Of a DNA stretch of 64,000 nucleotides, positions 11,651-23,458 are shown in pieces. A program made the position numbers and the translations under genes. Source of the DNA: Octopus sinensis (lineage: Eukaryota); NCBI RefSeq assembly GCF_006345805.1, contig NC_043007.1, positions 38,378,001-38,442,000 on the forward strand, written 5' to 3'. Below the pieces are notes generated by a model that was not told the origin of the DNA, made no database searches, and saw only the letters and a program-made list of their open reading frames with translations. Numbering within the stretch: the first letter of the stretch is position 1; each line of letters begins with the position of its first letter.

Positions 11651-12275
11651 CCTTCTTGTATCTTTGCAATCAGTCTTTCTCTCCTCGATGGTCTGCCCTC
11701 TGCTGATGCTTCTCCATTCTCTGTTGTTTCAAGTCCATTGGAGAAAATGTTGTACCTTATTTATTCTTTCTGCTTGCATTCTGAGTTCAAGTCCTACTAA
11801 ATTCAACTTTGCCTTTCCTCCTCCAGGGAGTTGATAAATCAAGTCTCAGTCCAAAATTGTGGACTGGTGGAATCATTTGAGTATCAGACAGGATGCCATA
11901 CAGTATTTTTCTTTTTTTCAGTTGTTGGCAATCTGAGTTGAAGACCCACCATTACTTTTGCAGTTGACTTAATCTGCAACCCAGTCTAACACCACTTTTT
12001 GGTCTTTCAGTACCTTTATTGGAGTCCACTATTGCAAGTATTTGGACCAGATTTCCAGTTTAACAATACCGTCACTCATTCTATTAATCACAAAAGCCTT
12101 TTAAAGAAAGTTCACAAACAATGCCCTTTCTCCAACACTAATCACTAAAAAAATGACATGTTGGACTACATATATAATGATTACTACATTATTATTTTAG
12201 ATAACTAGTATTTTGTTCACTGGATGCAAATCATGTAGGCACACTGTTGAGTGGGAACTGTATATATATATATAT

Positions 12276-12307
<32 letters not shown>

Positions 12308-14058
12308 ACTGTGTAAATCAGGTAAAGATCTGGCAAGTATTTCCAACAGCTAAACAAATGGAGAGTAGAGAATTAGTTGATGGTCTTTTCTAAAAAACAA
12401 ACTGATCCCTCAATTAAAGCTTGGGTGAGCAAAGTGGTCAATATTGGCCTGGGAGGGGAGAGTCTCTGTTGCTATCCAAGAGGTTGATAAACATTAAATA
12501 TTTTGTCTACATGAATATATGTCTGAATTTTTATTATTTATCAATTTCCATAATCTTTGTTTTTAAAACAAAAATTTTCTAGTAACCATACATTTTAATT
12601 TTCTTTTAGAAATTTACATGATGAAGATCAATAAGTTATCAACAAATCCATAAAGGGGTCAATAGTATAAGAAGTTTGCCAACCCCGATTTAGAGGAGCT
12701 ATGTAAAAATAAAATTCAATATTTACAAAGTCTGAGTATTCATAACTTCAATATTATTGGAGATCAATCTATGCACCAAAAACACAATGAACTACTTCTC
12801 ATAGATTTGAACTTAAGACTTATGCAAGCGCTTCTACACAGAGAGAGTGATGTAACCATGAGCCAGCCCAAACATCTGTAGGTTAATGTCAGCTCAGGGA
12901 AGCAACCTGGGCTTTACCTTGAATTCTTGGAACAAAAGGAACTCTGCTAATGAAACTGACTAAGGCTATGGAACCATACCATTTGTTTCAAACTATAGTA
13001 GGCTGAGATAATGAGTTAGTTTCTATGCACTTTCTCAATATGTAAGAAAGTAGTGGACTAATCTCCTTCAAGTTACACCCTACTATCTTAAAAACTGGAC
13101 ACATAGAACAATACAGTTGCAGATAAACTACTGCTGGAACAAAAAAGATCGGATGATCATGATTAGAACATCTTTGATCCTACATTTGATCCTGCGGGTT
13201 CAGAAATAACTTTGAGCTAAGCAATAAAACTAACTGCACTAAGTCTAACTCATTCTTACTGATCCCCATGCAGCATGTTCCCAAGAAGAAACAGAAATGA
13301 GATTCACAAACTTATTGTAAGCTGCGTGGTCTGATAAGACAGTAAGCCAGATTTTCACTAAAACGTTTTCATACCTACTCTGCAATCACAGACAATTCTA
13401 ACATAACTGAGGCAACAACTAATTAGCTGGTCCTTCTGATATTCAAACAAAGCCACAGTTAATTGGCTAATCCTTCTCATATTAAAAAAATGAAACTTCT
13501 ATAAGTTCAGTTGCTGTGTGGAGTACAGAAACTAACACTTTAGGTCTTACTCATCATGTGGAAAGCTCAAGGGGCAACAACACTTTCTCTCTTATATATA
13601 CTTACAGATGAAGGGCAAGGCTTAAAATAGACTCATGGAAAAGAATTTATTGATCTCTCTTATTCTCTAATTATTGCTAACATAGACCATCACCAGTTTC
13701 CTTGAAATCCACATTGATTTTATTCTATATTTAAATAACATAAAACAGTACATGTCTCTTAAGATTTACAGAGGAAACTTTTAAGGGTTACTGCTTCATT
13801 GTGATTCCTTGGTATTAGCTGAGTGAATGAAAGATAAATATCAATAGGTGATCAGCATTTTATTTTCTTCTAAGAAAATTTGACCCCTATTCTTAAATAA
13901 ACTGAAGCAATATTGAATAAAACTCCTTCCTTAGAAATGCAATGAAACACCTTCAGCAGACCTTAATGTGTAACCTTCTGGCTGGTAAACCAATATTTTA
14001 ATATGATTTTAATTTATCTTATTGTTAACTTCATTTTCAGAATTGAAAAATTCATAGC

Positions 14059-14062
<4 letters not shown>

Positions 14063-14096
<34 letters not shown>

Positions 14097-14961
14097 GACT
14101 TATGTATTTTTTCATACCAAGTCAAATGAAATTAATAATCTGAAAAATTATAATCTTATTAACAATAACTCATTTCAGACATTTAATCAATAGTTTATTC
14201 CTGTAAGAGTTTTGCTTCAACATGTGTAATAAATTATATACATATGTATATATGTATATATTTATTCCACTTATTACTATCCCTCACTCTCTTATTCCTT
14301 CTCCCACTCCCTCTTCTCAACTGTTTTTACTATTATACTCTTGCTCTCCTCTTTCACTCATTCAGTTTCTATCATTACTGTTCTCTTTCTACTCATCTCC
14401 TTACTCTTGTAGCCCTGAATGTATGAGCACATTACAAAGTGGTGAGGACTGTTGAATCTTATGGGATACAAACCAACCTGGAGATTGTACCACTATAAAA
14501 ACACCTAGAGGACTGTGGGCAGTGAGTGAATAAAGATGGCAGGTAGAAAAGCTTCTTTAACATGTTGTTGATAGGGTAATATCTCTAATGCCAATGCCAC
14601 AATAAAATGCATCCCGAACACAGTAAGACATGAGTGTGATAGAACAGTTTAGTCCTGTCGAGGATATGACAACCTCTGGAGTGCTGGTACCAAGACTGGT
14701 GTTGAGAAGAACATCTAACTGTACAAGCATTGAATTGAATGAATGAGATGTAGTCCTCTGACTCATCTAGAAGTGCAGTAATTCTGAGTACTGACTCAGA
14801 TTATGACAATTCATCTAACCCAGGTCAAGCATTGAAAACCAATAGCAACCATCAATAATGATTACGAAGAAGATACATATATGTACGTGTGCGTATCTAC
14901 CTGGCTAGCTCCTGTCAAACCATCTCACCTATGCCAGCATTGAAAGCAAACGTTATATATA

Positions 14962-14996
<35 letters not shown>

Positions 14997-15862
14997 GACT
15001 TATGTATTTTTTCATACCAAGTCAAATGAAATTAATAATCTGAAAAATTATAATCTTATTAACAATAACTCATTTCAGACATTTAATCAATAGTTTATTC
15101 CTGTAAGAGTTTTGCTTCAACATGTGTAATAAATTATATACATATGTATATATGTATATATTTATTCCACTTATTACTATCCCTCACTCTCTTATTCCTT
15201 CTCCCACTCCCTCTTCTCAACTGTTTTTACTATTATACTCTTGCTCTCCTCTTTCACTCATTCAGTTTCTATCATTACTGTTCTCTTTCTACTCATCTCC
15301 TTACTCTTGTAGCCCTGAATGTATGAGCACATTACAAAGTGGTGAGGACTGTTGAATCTTATGGGATACAAACCAACCTGGAGATTGTACCACTATAAAA
15401 ACACCTAGAGGACTGTGGGCAGTGAGTGAATAAAGATGGCAGGTAGAAAAGCTTCTTTAACATGTTGTTGATAGGGTAATATCTCTAATGCCAATGCCAC
15501 AATAAAATGCATCCCGAACACAGTAAGACATGAGTGTGATAGAACAGTTTAGTCCTGTCGAGGATATGACAACCTCTGGAGTGCTGGTACCAAGACTGGT
15601 GTTGAGAAGAACATCTAACTGTACAAGCATTGAATTGAATGAATGAGATGTAGTCCTCTGACTCATCTAGAAGTGCAGTAATTCTGAGTACTGACTCAGA
15701 TTATGACAATTCATCTAACCCAGGTCAAGCATTGAAAACCAATAGCAACCATCAATAATGATTACGAAGAAGATACATATATGTACGTGTGCGTATCTAC
15801 CTGGCTAGCTCCTGTCAAACCATCTCACCTATGCCAGCATTGAAAGCAAACGTTATATATAA
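14063..15862. repeat. Tandem duplication, 2 x 900 bp
   Basis: Sequence repeats at an offset of exactly 900; the ORF track shows identical ORFs at 14222/15122, 14244/15144 and 14557/15457. Confidence 0.95.
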
Positions 15863-16254
15863 ATATATATATATATATTAAAAATGATTGAGAAAGCCAC
15901 AACAGAGAAAGTTAAAGGTACAGGAGGTAAAACAAAACAAAAACAAAGGTTTTCACTTTTACTTTGTATTTCAATATTTCGGCTATAAAGATGTTCCTAA
16001 TCATGAATAAGAGTGCAGTTCTGACCTGTGCAGAAATTTCAGGTAAAGGGCACAACAATCATAAAATGCTATAGTTAAATTAGCAAATTACAGATGGACA
16101 ACTTGTTTCATGCTGGTGAGAGGTTTTAAGTGCTATATCATCATCATCATCATTTAACGTCTCTCTGATCTGGCAGAGTTTCTACAGCTGGATGCCCTTC
16201 CAAACACCAACCACTCCCAGAGTGTAGTGGGTGCTTTTACGTGTAGATGAGATC

Positions 16255-16453
16255 AGAACAGTACTGGAGGAGTATCTTTCATCACAGACAAGTGAATTTT
16301 GGAAGAGGGGCCTTGCAAGTCTACCAGATAGATGGAAGAGTATTGTAGAAAATGAAGGAGAGTATATTTTAACTTAAAAAAGAACTTTGTTTATCTTAAT
16401 TTTGAAAAGTAAAAAGTATAAAAACACAGCATTATTTATGGGATGACCCAATA
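16255..16453 (+). mobile_element. Mariner 3' end fragment with TIR
   Basis: Translates as LEEYLSSQTSEFWKRGLASLPDRWKSIVENEGEYI, a mariner transposase C-terminus, followed by TTATGGGATGACCCAATA. Confidence 0.7.
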
Positions 16454-16459
16454 TATATA

Positions 16460-17311
16460 CAGGGTGTGATGGGTAAATTTGTTGCCATTTTATATTTTTA
16501 ATTTCACACATGCGCATTGTTTGTTTTTGATTTTGTTGACGATACAGTAATGTAGGGTCAGTTGGGCACTGTCTTTGAGAAAAACAGCACCATGATGCAA
16601 TTCACTCTGCCAGAAAATTGAAAATGACATACTGTACTGCTTGACATTTGCACTGGAAGCTCCAATACAAACATTTCAGAGTGTTTGGACGTCAATCTGA
16701 GGACATGTACCAAGAGTGATAAAAATCAAACATCCAGGCAACATCATGGTGTCTGGAGTGATCACTAGTGATGGTGACGTTATGCCTCCATTCATCTTCC
16801 CACATGGTCTCAGACTCAACACGGAGGCCTACATCAAGTGCCTGGGTGAAGAGGGTAGCTGCTGGAAGACCCTATGTCTGACAATAGGACTCTACACCAT
16901 GCCACACAAGCGGGAGAACCCAGTCATGACTGTCAGACAATTTTTGTGACCACATCACCTCTAACATGTGGCCATCTAACTCCTCAGACTGCAACCCCCT
17001 TGATTATTATGCATGGAGCATAGATGAGCAAGAGACCAACAAAACTCTTTGTAACACCAAAGATGAACTGAAGGCAAGGATTATGGCAGCATTCACCAAC
17101 TTAAACAAGGAGACCATCCAGAAGAATTGCAAGAGATTCCGAAGTCATCTGGAGGCCATGGTTGAAGCCAATGGTGATTTTATTGAATAAATTTACTCTT
17201 TAGTATTTTATGATATTTTTATATAATTTTGGTAAATATATCTGTTAAAATGATATCAGTGTTATTTTCATTTTTGCGTAATTTAGACAATAGCTTATTC
17301 ATCACACCCTG
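16460..17311 (+). mobile_element. Internally deleted Tc1/mariner (maT/DD37D-like) element with both TIRs
   Basis: TA|CAGGGTGTGATG...TCATCACACCCTG|TA; transposase remnants HPGNIMVSGVITSDGDVMPPFIF and WPSNSSDCNPLDYYAW...VEANGDFIE. Confidence 0.88.
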
Positions 17312-17315
17312 TATA

Positions 17316-17369
<54 letters not shown>

Positions 17370-17877
17370 AACACCATCATTTTAACATCCCCTTTTTCAT
17401 GATTGCATGGGTCAGATGGAATTCATTGAGACACTTTTCTGCAGCCAGATGTCTTTCCTGCTGCCATATCCCACTTGTTTCCACGCAGTGTAATAATCCC
17501 CTAGTCCATCAAACAATGAACAACCCAAAGAATGTCCAGAAGATCAACATACTTTTGCAGTTGTCTTGAATCAAAAGCTACCAACTTTTGTGATTGTGAG
17601 GCTGTTGTTTGCAGTCAGTGAACACACATGAAGATGAAAAAAAATATCCACTCACACAAACACCTCTCTTGAAAAGTTGGTATGGGTTGATGAAAGAAAG
17701 GGTATCCAACCATAAAATAATACCTTAATAAGTATTCATTCAACTCATGCCAACATGGAAAAATAAATGCAACATGAATGAAAGCAGATAAACATATATA
17801 TATATGTATGTAGGTCCCGGGTTGAGTCGGGGTTAACCACATTAAATAAGGTACTCAATACATAGCAGAGTAAATTA

Positions 17878-18040
17878 ATTTATTTTATAGAAGGAGCTTC
17901 TACAGGACTAGAACTGTTTCATTCAAATGAAATCATCAAGAAGCTTGCTGTCAAAATCTGATTTTGACAGCAAGCTTCCTGATGATTTCATTTGAATGAA
18001 ACAGTTCTAGTCCTGTAGAAGCTCCTTCTATAAAATAAAT
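17878..18040. repeat. Near-perfect palindrome, 81-bp arms centred on 17959, probably Penelope-derived
   Basis: Arms are reverse complements with one mismatch (17939/17979). Confidence 0.95.
17973..18023 (+). ncRNA. Type I hammerhead ribozyme motif (Penelope-type)
   Basis: AGCTTC-CTGATGA-TTTCATTTGAAT-GAAA-CAG(TTCTAGTC)CTG-T-A-GAAGCT. Canonical CUGAUGA/GAAA/UH core, 6-bp stem I, 4-bp stem III, GUA cleavage triplet; the 10.1/11.1 pair is U-U. Confidence 0.7.
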
Positions 18041-19496
18041 AAATATATATATATATATATATGACTGGCCCTCGTGCCAGTGGCACATAAAAGCACCCAC
18101 TACACTCTCAGAGTGGTTGGCATTAGGAAGGGCATCCAGCTGTAGAAACTCTGCTAGATAAGATTGGAGAGTGGTGCAGCCATCTGGTTCGCCAGTCCTC
18201 AGTCAAATCGTCCAACCCATGCTAGCATGGAAAGTAGACGTTAAACGATGATGATATATAAATTAACAATGAGATAAAAATCCAAGGCTGTGAAAGATTT
18301 CAGATCATTTATAAATAGGTTTCACAGCTGTTTCCAAGATATTTTATATATCCCTTCATCGAAGGCAGTGTGAGAAAATGGTTAAGCAATAGTTATTCTA
18401 GATAAGATATGAAATAGAGAGTGAAGTGGAGGAATGAAAATAGACGTGAGATATACAACTTTCTATAGATGTGTTTAAGCACTACACTAGCTCCAAGAGA
18501 CATCAGTGAACTAACAGACAATATATCTTCAGTTCCATATATTTAGACAGAATGGTAAACATATAAGATTTAAAAAAACCCTCGATTTAATAACACTGTT
18601 TACAAACTCTATGCTTGGAATGACCTATTTTAAATACTATTGGAACTTAATCACAAGGTACAGGAATCTTATATGTATACCATTCTGTCTAAATAATTGA
18701 AGTGAAGATACAATATCCCTGCATATATATATATATCTGCTTACCACTCTCACTCATAAGATATTGGTCAATTTGTGGTTATAGTATAGAATATCAGCCA
18801 ACAACTTTCACACATTGGAACTTAACACCCAACTACATGGTTCTGAAATGAACGACTTAACCACGCAGTCATGCCTGTACCTAAACAAAGTGCCCATGAT
18901 TGGAATCAATATACAGTGAATAAAAGTTATTATTTTAAAGCTAGTTTAAGAATAACAACAGAACATTTAATGATATGGTGACTCAATACTGAGAGTAGGT
19001 CGAATTTATGTTAAGAAATCAAGTTGACCTTTCAGCTTTTTGACCAGTATATATATATGTATATAAAATACAACTAAATGCATGCATTTTTAACGTTTTG
19101 TGTTTCATTTACAACTTTCTATAGATGTGTTTAAGCACTACACTTAGCTCCAAGAGACATCAGTGAACTAACAGACACTAATGTTTTGATGCGATTCACC
19201 TCTTTAGTGATAAACATCGCCAGTTTTTTGGGTTTTTTTGGAGATAAACGGAGACAGCTAAAGCATGTAAAGGCTTTCCAATATGTTATGGGTATGCATG
19301 GCAGTAAAAAAAAAAAAAAAAGATGTGTATATCCATTCGTAACACGTTCTGCCCACTCGAAAGTGAACATGGCCTTTTGCCATTGGATTTTGTCTCAGAG
19401 AACGACTTATCCCTATGCACACGAGTAATGAATATTTTTTTAAAATACAAAAATAGAAAGATAAGCATACACAGATAACACGAAGGTAATCTGAAT

Positions 19497-19510
19497 ATAT
19501 ATATATATAT

Positions 19511-19562
<52 letters not shown>

Positions 19563-19576
19563 AGAGAGAGAGAGAG
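19497..19576. repeat. (TA)n/(GA)n microsatellite, representative of many in the window
   Basis: Similar TA/CA/ATT tracts at about 3131-3190, 8186-8230, 17312-17370, 20563-20617, 53045-53081, 53770-53870, 54890-55035, 55750-55816 and 60688-60725. Confidence 0.95.
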
Positions 19577-20556
19577 ATTAGTTGACAGATTACACTTGAC
19601 ACACATTAACAAAATCCCTTCATTCATTTTAATTATCTAATGAACCATTTGACATGTCGAAAAAAAATCAGCTTATATCTTTATAGGGAACCAGAAAATA
19701 GTAAAAATACCATCCATCACAGCGAAGACTGTATTTCATCAAGAGGCAAAACATTATATAGTTCGGTATTTATGTACAACCAGAAATACCTATATATGTA
19801 CATGAGCATTAACATGTGTATGTGTAAAGTTGACAGTGGATTGTAAACGATGCTTTATAATACACACACACATATGTATGTGTATATGCATCAACACATT
19901 TGAATTGGAGACCATCTATTCTATAGTATTCTAAATATCATAATTAGTAGCAGTAGAGAAATTGTTTATCATTTATCAATATGTTCCTCTGACTGTACTT
20001 ACTCGTTCAGCGATATAATATATTTACTTCTGTATAAATTTTTAAGAAATATACAAAACATTGTGCTTAAAATTGGGAGGGTAGGCTGCATTACACTGGA
20101 GTGTACAGAAGGATAAGATATAGATTTTTTTTTTTAAGTACAAAAATGAAAAATGAAATTGTATTCGACTAAATATTGTCGCTTTTAATCCTCGCAGTTT
20201 TAAAACCATATACATCTGTGTGTGTTACACACCATGGCGATAATCGCGACGATTTGGCCGATGTAAAGAACTATATAACAACGCATCAGTTTTTCGAATA
20301 TTTGTAGTTTCAATTTTGAAGTTCAGTGAACAACCTGGAGAAACACGTATCTTCCTTCATTGAATACGTCACGCCACCACCTGTAAGCTTTGGAAGATGG
20401 TAGATGAAGACATTGAGAAAGAGCAAACACCCTTGTCTTGGCAGATCATGTCGCATCACATCACACCACGGACCGAACACAGCTGTTAATAAGTGTTAAT
20501 AGTAAACGGTCTAGAGTAAGAGAGAGTATGTATGGTTGTCTCTGTATGTATGTATG

Positions 20557-20617
<61 letters not shown>

Positions 20618-20795
20618 GTGGTCGTCAATTCGATTTCGAGTACAAGAATCGCTTTCTCATTGCAGACATATGCCTGTAGCAGGCTTGACAGGTTTTCTGC
20701 GATGGGCCCTCAGACCACTATGCCATTCCTCCAGATGTGTACGCCCCTATTTTGTTATAAATGTATTTTTTGTGAGACACAAGAGGTCTACAGTT

Positions 20796-20840
<45 letters not shown>

Positions 20841-21546
20841 GCATACATAATAATCCCTAAGTATTTTAACCCCAAACCTTAGCAGACGCAGGAAAATTGT
20901 GAATAGTTAAATATTCCATAAAAAAAAAATTCTGTACCTCTCACAGATTCGCACACCTTGTCATTCGAAAAACAAAATACAAATATACTTCTTTAAAAAA
21001 AAATTGACTTCGTTTTATATAAGAAAAAAAAAATCACTTAAAGCTGTGTTTTTTAATATCAAGTAGGTTTCGGATTGTCATTCGTACAATACATAAATAA
21101 TGCATTTCTGTTGTTGTTGGCGTGTGCTGCTACATCTATTTGCGTTCCCTTCTCATTCATGACTTAAATTAAGGTGACAGAAAATAAATAGGTTTGGTAA
21201 TTGTTAACAGCAATAGTGACAATAATAAAAAAGGTGTTACTGTAAAAATATAGTTAAGAAAAATGAACATAACCATATATATAATTATATATATGGATAA
21301 ATATATATATATTGATAAGATGAGTTGTAGGTGATGCCTGACACTAAAACAAAATGTAAGGATATCGAAATAAGTACCAGTAATATACTGTTTTATTGAT
21401 TCATTCGATTATTATTACTTCCTCATATAACTTGGTCTTGCACCTGTGTCCAAGAACATATTAATAATAGTAGCAGAGGAAGAAAAAAAAACGCATGAAA
21501 TAGTATATAAATGCAAAAAATGAAAACAACCCGAGTAAATACTAAC

Positions 21547-21651
21547 CTTACACGATACTTTGTAAATGGTAAATCCGTTAGAATGCTTTACGGGGTTCGT
21601 AACATCAAAATGCCAAATCTTCTCCCCATTCAGTGACTTTTTTGTCGCCAT
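21547..21651 (-). CDS. RPS6KC1: First coding exon (35 aa) of a PX-domain protein, RPS6KC1/SNX15-like; later exons not located in the window
   Basis: MATKKSLNGEKIWHFDVTNPVKHSNGFTIYKVSCK resembles the PX N-terminus of RPS6KC1 (FYTVTEPQRHPRGYTVYKVTAR) and SNX15 (YTVSDPRTHPKGYTEYKVTAQ). It ends at a phase-0 donor AAG|GTTAGT after 105 nt, the same point as the human RPS6KC1 exon 1 as I recall it. Confidence 0.7.
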
Positions 21652-22264
21652 TACTAAGTCGAACCAACCTGTTTTACCAACAGTGAGTTCGTAAGTTTTT
21701 CATTTTACGACAATTCAATTAAAAAAGACATTAAAATAAACACAAGTTTTTAATGTTAAGATTAAAGAATTAAGAACGTTTCTCATCTTATTTGACATTG
21801 ATTTTTTTTTAGAGCAAAAGGAACAACTTTAAAAATAAACTGATTTTAACGCTTAGATTTAAAACTTTAAGAACGGTTCTTAACTGCTTTAAAATTAAAA
21901 ATAAAAATGTTTACGCTTTTTTAGAGTGTCATTATAAAATACACGACTACATCGAATTGAGCGAAAGTAAAGCAAGCATAGAATCAAAGTGAGAGAGACG
22001 TGAGTGTGAGAGCGACAGAGTGGAGGGTGTGTAGAAGTATTGCGCTGCGGAGCGAAAGTAAAGCAAGCATAGAATCAAAGTGACAGAGTGAAAGGGTGTG
22101 TAGAAGTATTGCGCTGCGAACCAGTTTATGACAAGCCAACTACGAAACGCCGCCGAGTCACTCGCTTCTCGAGTGACACTCAGTTGTTTTGTTGTCGGCT
22201 TTCGACGGATAAATATTTCTGCTATTAATTACCGGGATTGTTCATTTGGTATGTCTGTGCGGTG
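21652..22264. promoter_or_regulatory. Putative bidirectional promoter and 5' UTRs shared by the RPS6KC1-like gene and ARL2
   Basis: Divergent start codons 613 bp apart; locally CpG-rich; contains an imperfect tandem duplication and an 8-bp hairpin (22157-22177). Confidence 0.7.
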
Positions 22265-22329
22265 ATGGGGCTGTTAACACTACTAAAAAAAATGAAACAG
22301 AAAGAAAAAGAGATGCGAATTCTTATGCT
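22265..22329 (+). CDS. ARL2: ARL2 exon 1
   Basis: ATG at 22265 gives MGLLTLLKKMKQKEKEMRILM(L), nearly identical to the ARL2 N-terminus; donor CT|GTATCCTTT. Confidence 0.95.
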
Positions 22330-22520
22330 GTATCCTTTCATGTATTTATGTTTTATTACGATTATATCTATCTCTAACTGTATATTTCCATGTTATAAAT
22401 TTCGATTTTTTTTCATTTTATGGTTATGGATTGCTTCATATTGCCTTCCATCCTATCCATGTTTGATAAAACGAGTAACCAGTAATGTTAAAATAATTTC
22501 ATTATTATTTCATTATTATT

Positions 22521-22576
22521 GTGGTGCACCTGAGCACTGTATACAATAATTTCATTATTATTATTATTATTATTAT
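22521..22576 (+). mobile_element. Extremely 5'-truncated copy of the same CR1 3' end in ARL2 intron 1
   Basis: GTGGTGCACCTGAGCACTGTATACAATAATTTC(ATT)n matches the tail at 35680-35736. Confidence 0.8.
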
Positions 22577-23423
22577 AACCCTATTACTAGGCACCTCGTT
22601 TTTACGGTCTTAAAGTCAACAGAAAAAGTGACAGTCCTGAATTCTTTTTTTAAAACTAAATTTTGAAACATCCGACTCTACACACAGATCTCTTCAAAAA
22701 TTGTGCCACTCAGCCAGAAATAACATTATATTCGTAATTCGCTCCATACATACTTTTGCGGAAGTTCTCGGCACTACCAATATATGATCAAATCGTTCTC
22801 ATTTATTTTAATGACAAATGCGAACAAGTAGGAATAGATTTTACAAAATTACATCCACTGCATTTCCATCGATAACCGTCGCAATGTAATTTATGTGAAA
22901 TTCGTCTGGTAGACCCTCCACACTATTCACATGCACAACTGTTATGAATTAAATGACTTTTGCACCACATCCAGTTCTAGAGCACGTACTAAATCAAAAA
23001 CTGTCGGCGTATAGCAGCAACAACCAGTATCTCGATTGAGTCGACAATAGTAATTTTCACATGTGTACCCACCAGCATGGAAACATTATAATTTAGGACT
23101 AAAAGTGCTGTGGAAACACCAGTTTGAATTTAGAACCCTTAAAAGCGAGGAAGCCCATTATTACTAAGCGATCGATTTAATCAACCATAACATTCCTGGC
23201 TGAAGAGGAAGTGAGTGCTCTCTACAGAATTTTGCCCCAGTCTCTTTGCATTCCAAGTTCAGATCTTGCTGGAGTGAATTTTAACTTGAATATCTCCGAT
23301 GTTCATAAAATAAATACCAGTAATATCACACACATTATCGAATTTTGCCTACCTATCAATTTTACATTGCGTGTTGTATCATTTTCATCATAAACTACAT
23401 ATTTATGTCAGTGTGTGTGTATG

Positions 23424-23458
<35 letters not shown>

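Noticed and set aside
22238-22549. 103-aa ORF as the full first-exon product
   Set aside because: The ORF reads through the U12 donor into the intron; ARL2 homology begins at ATG 22265 and ends at 22329.
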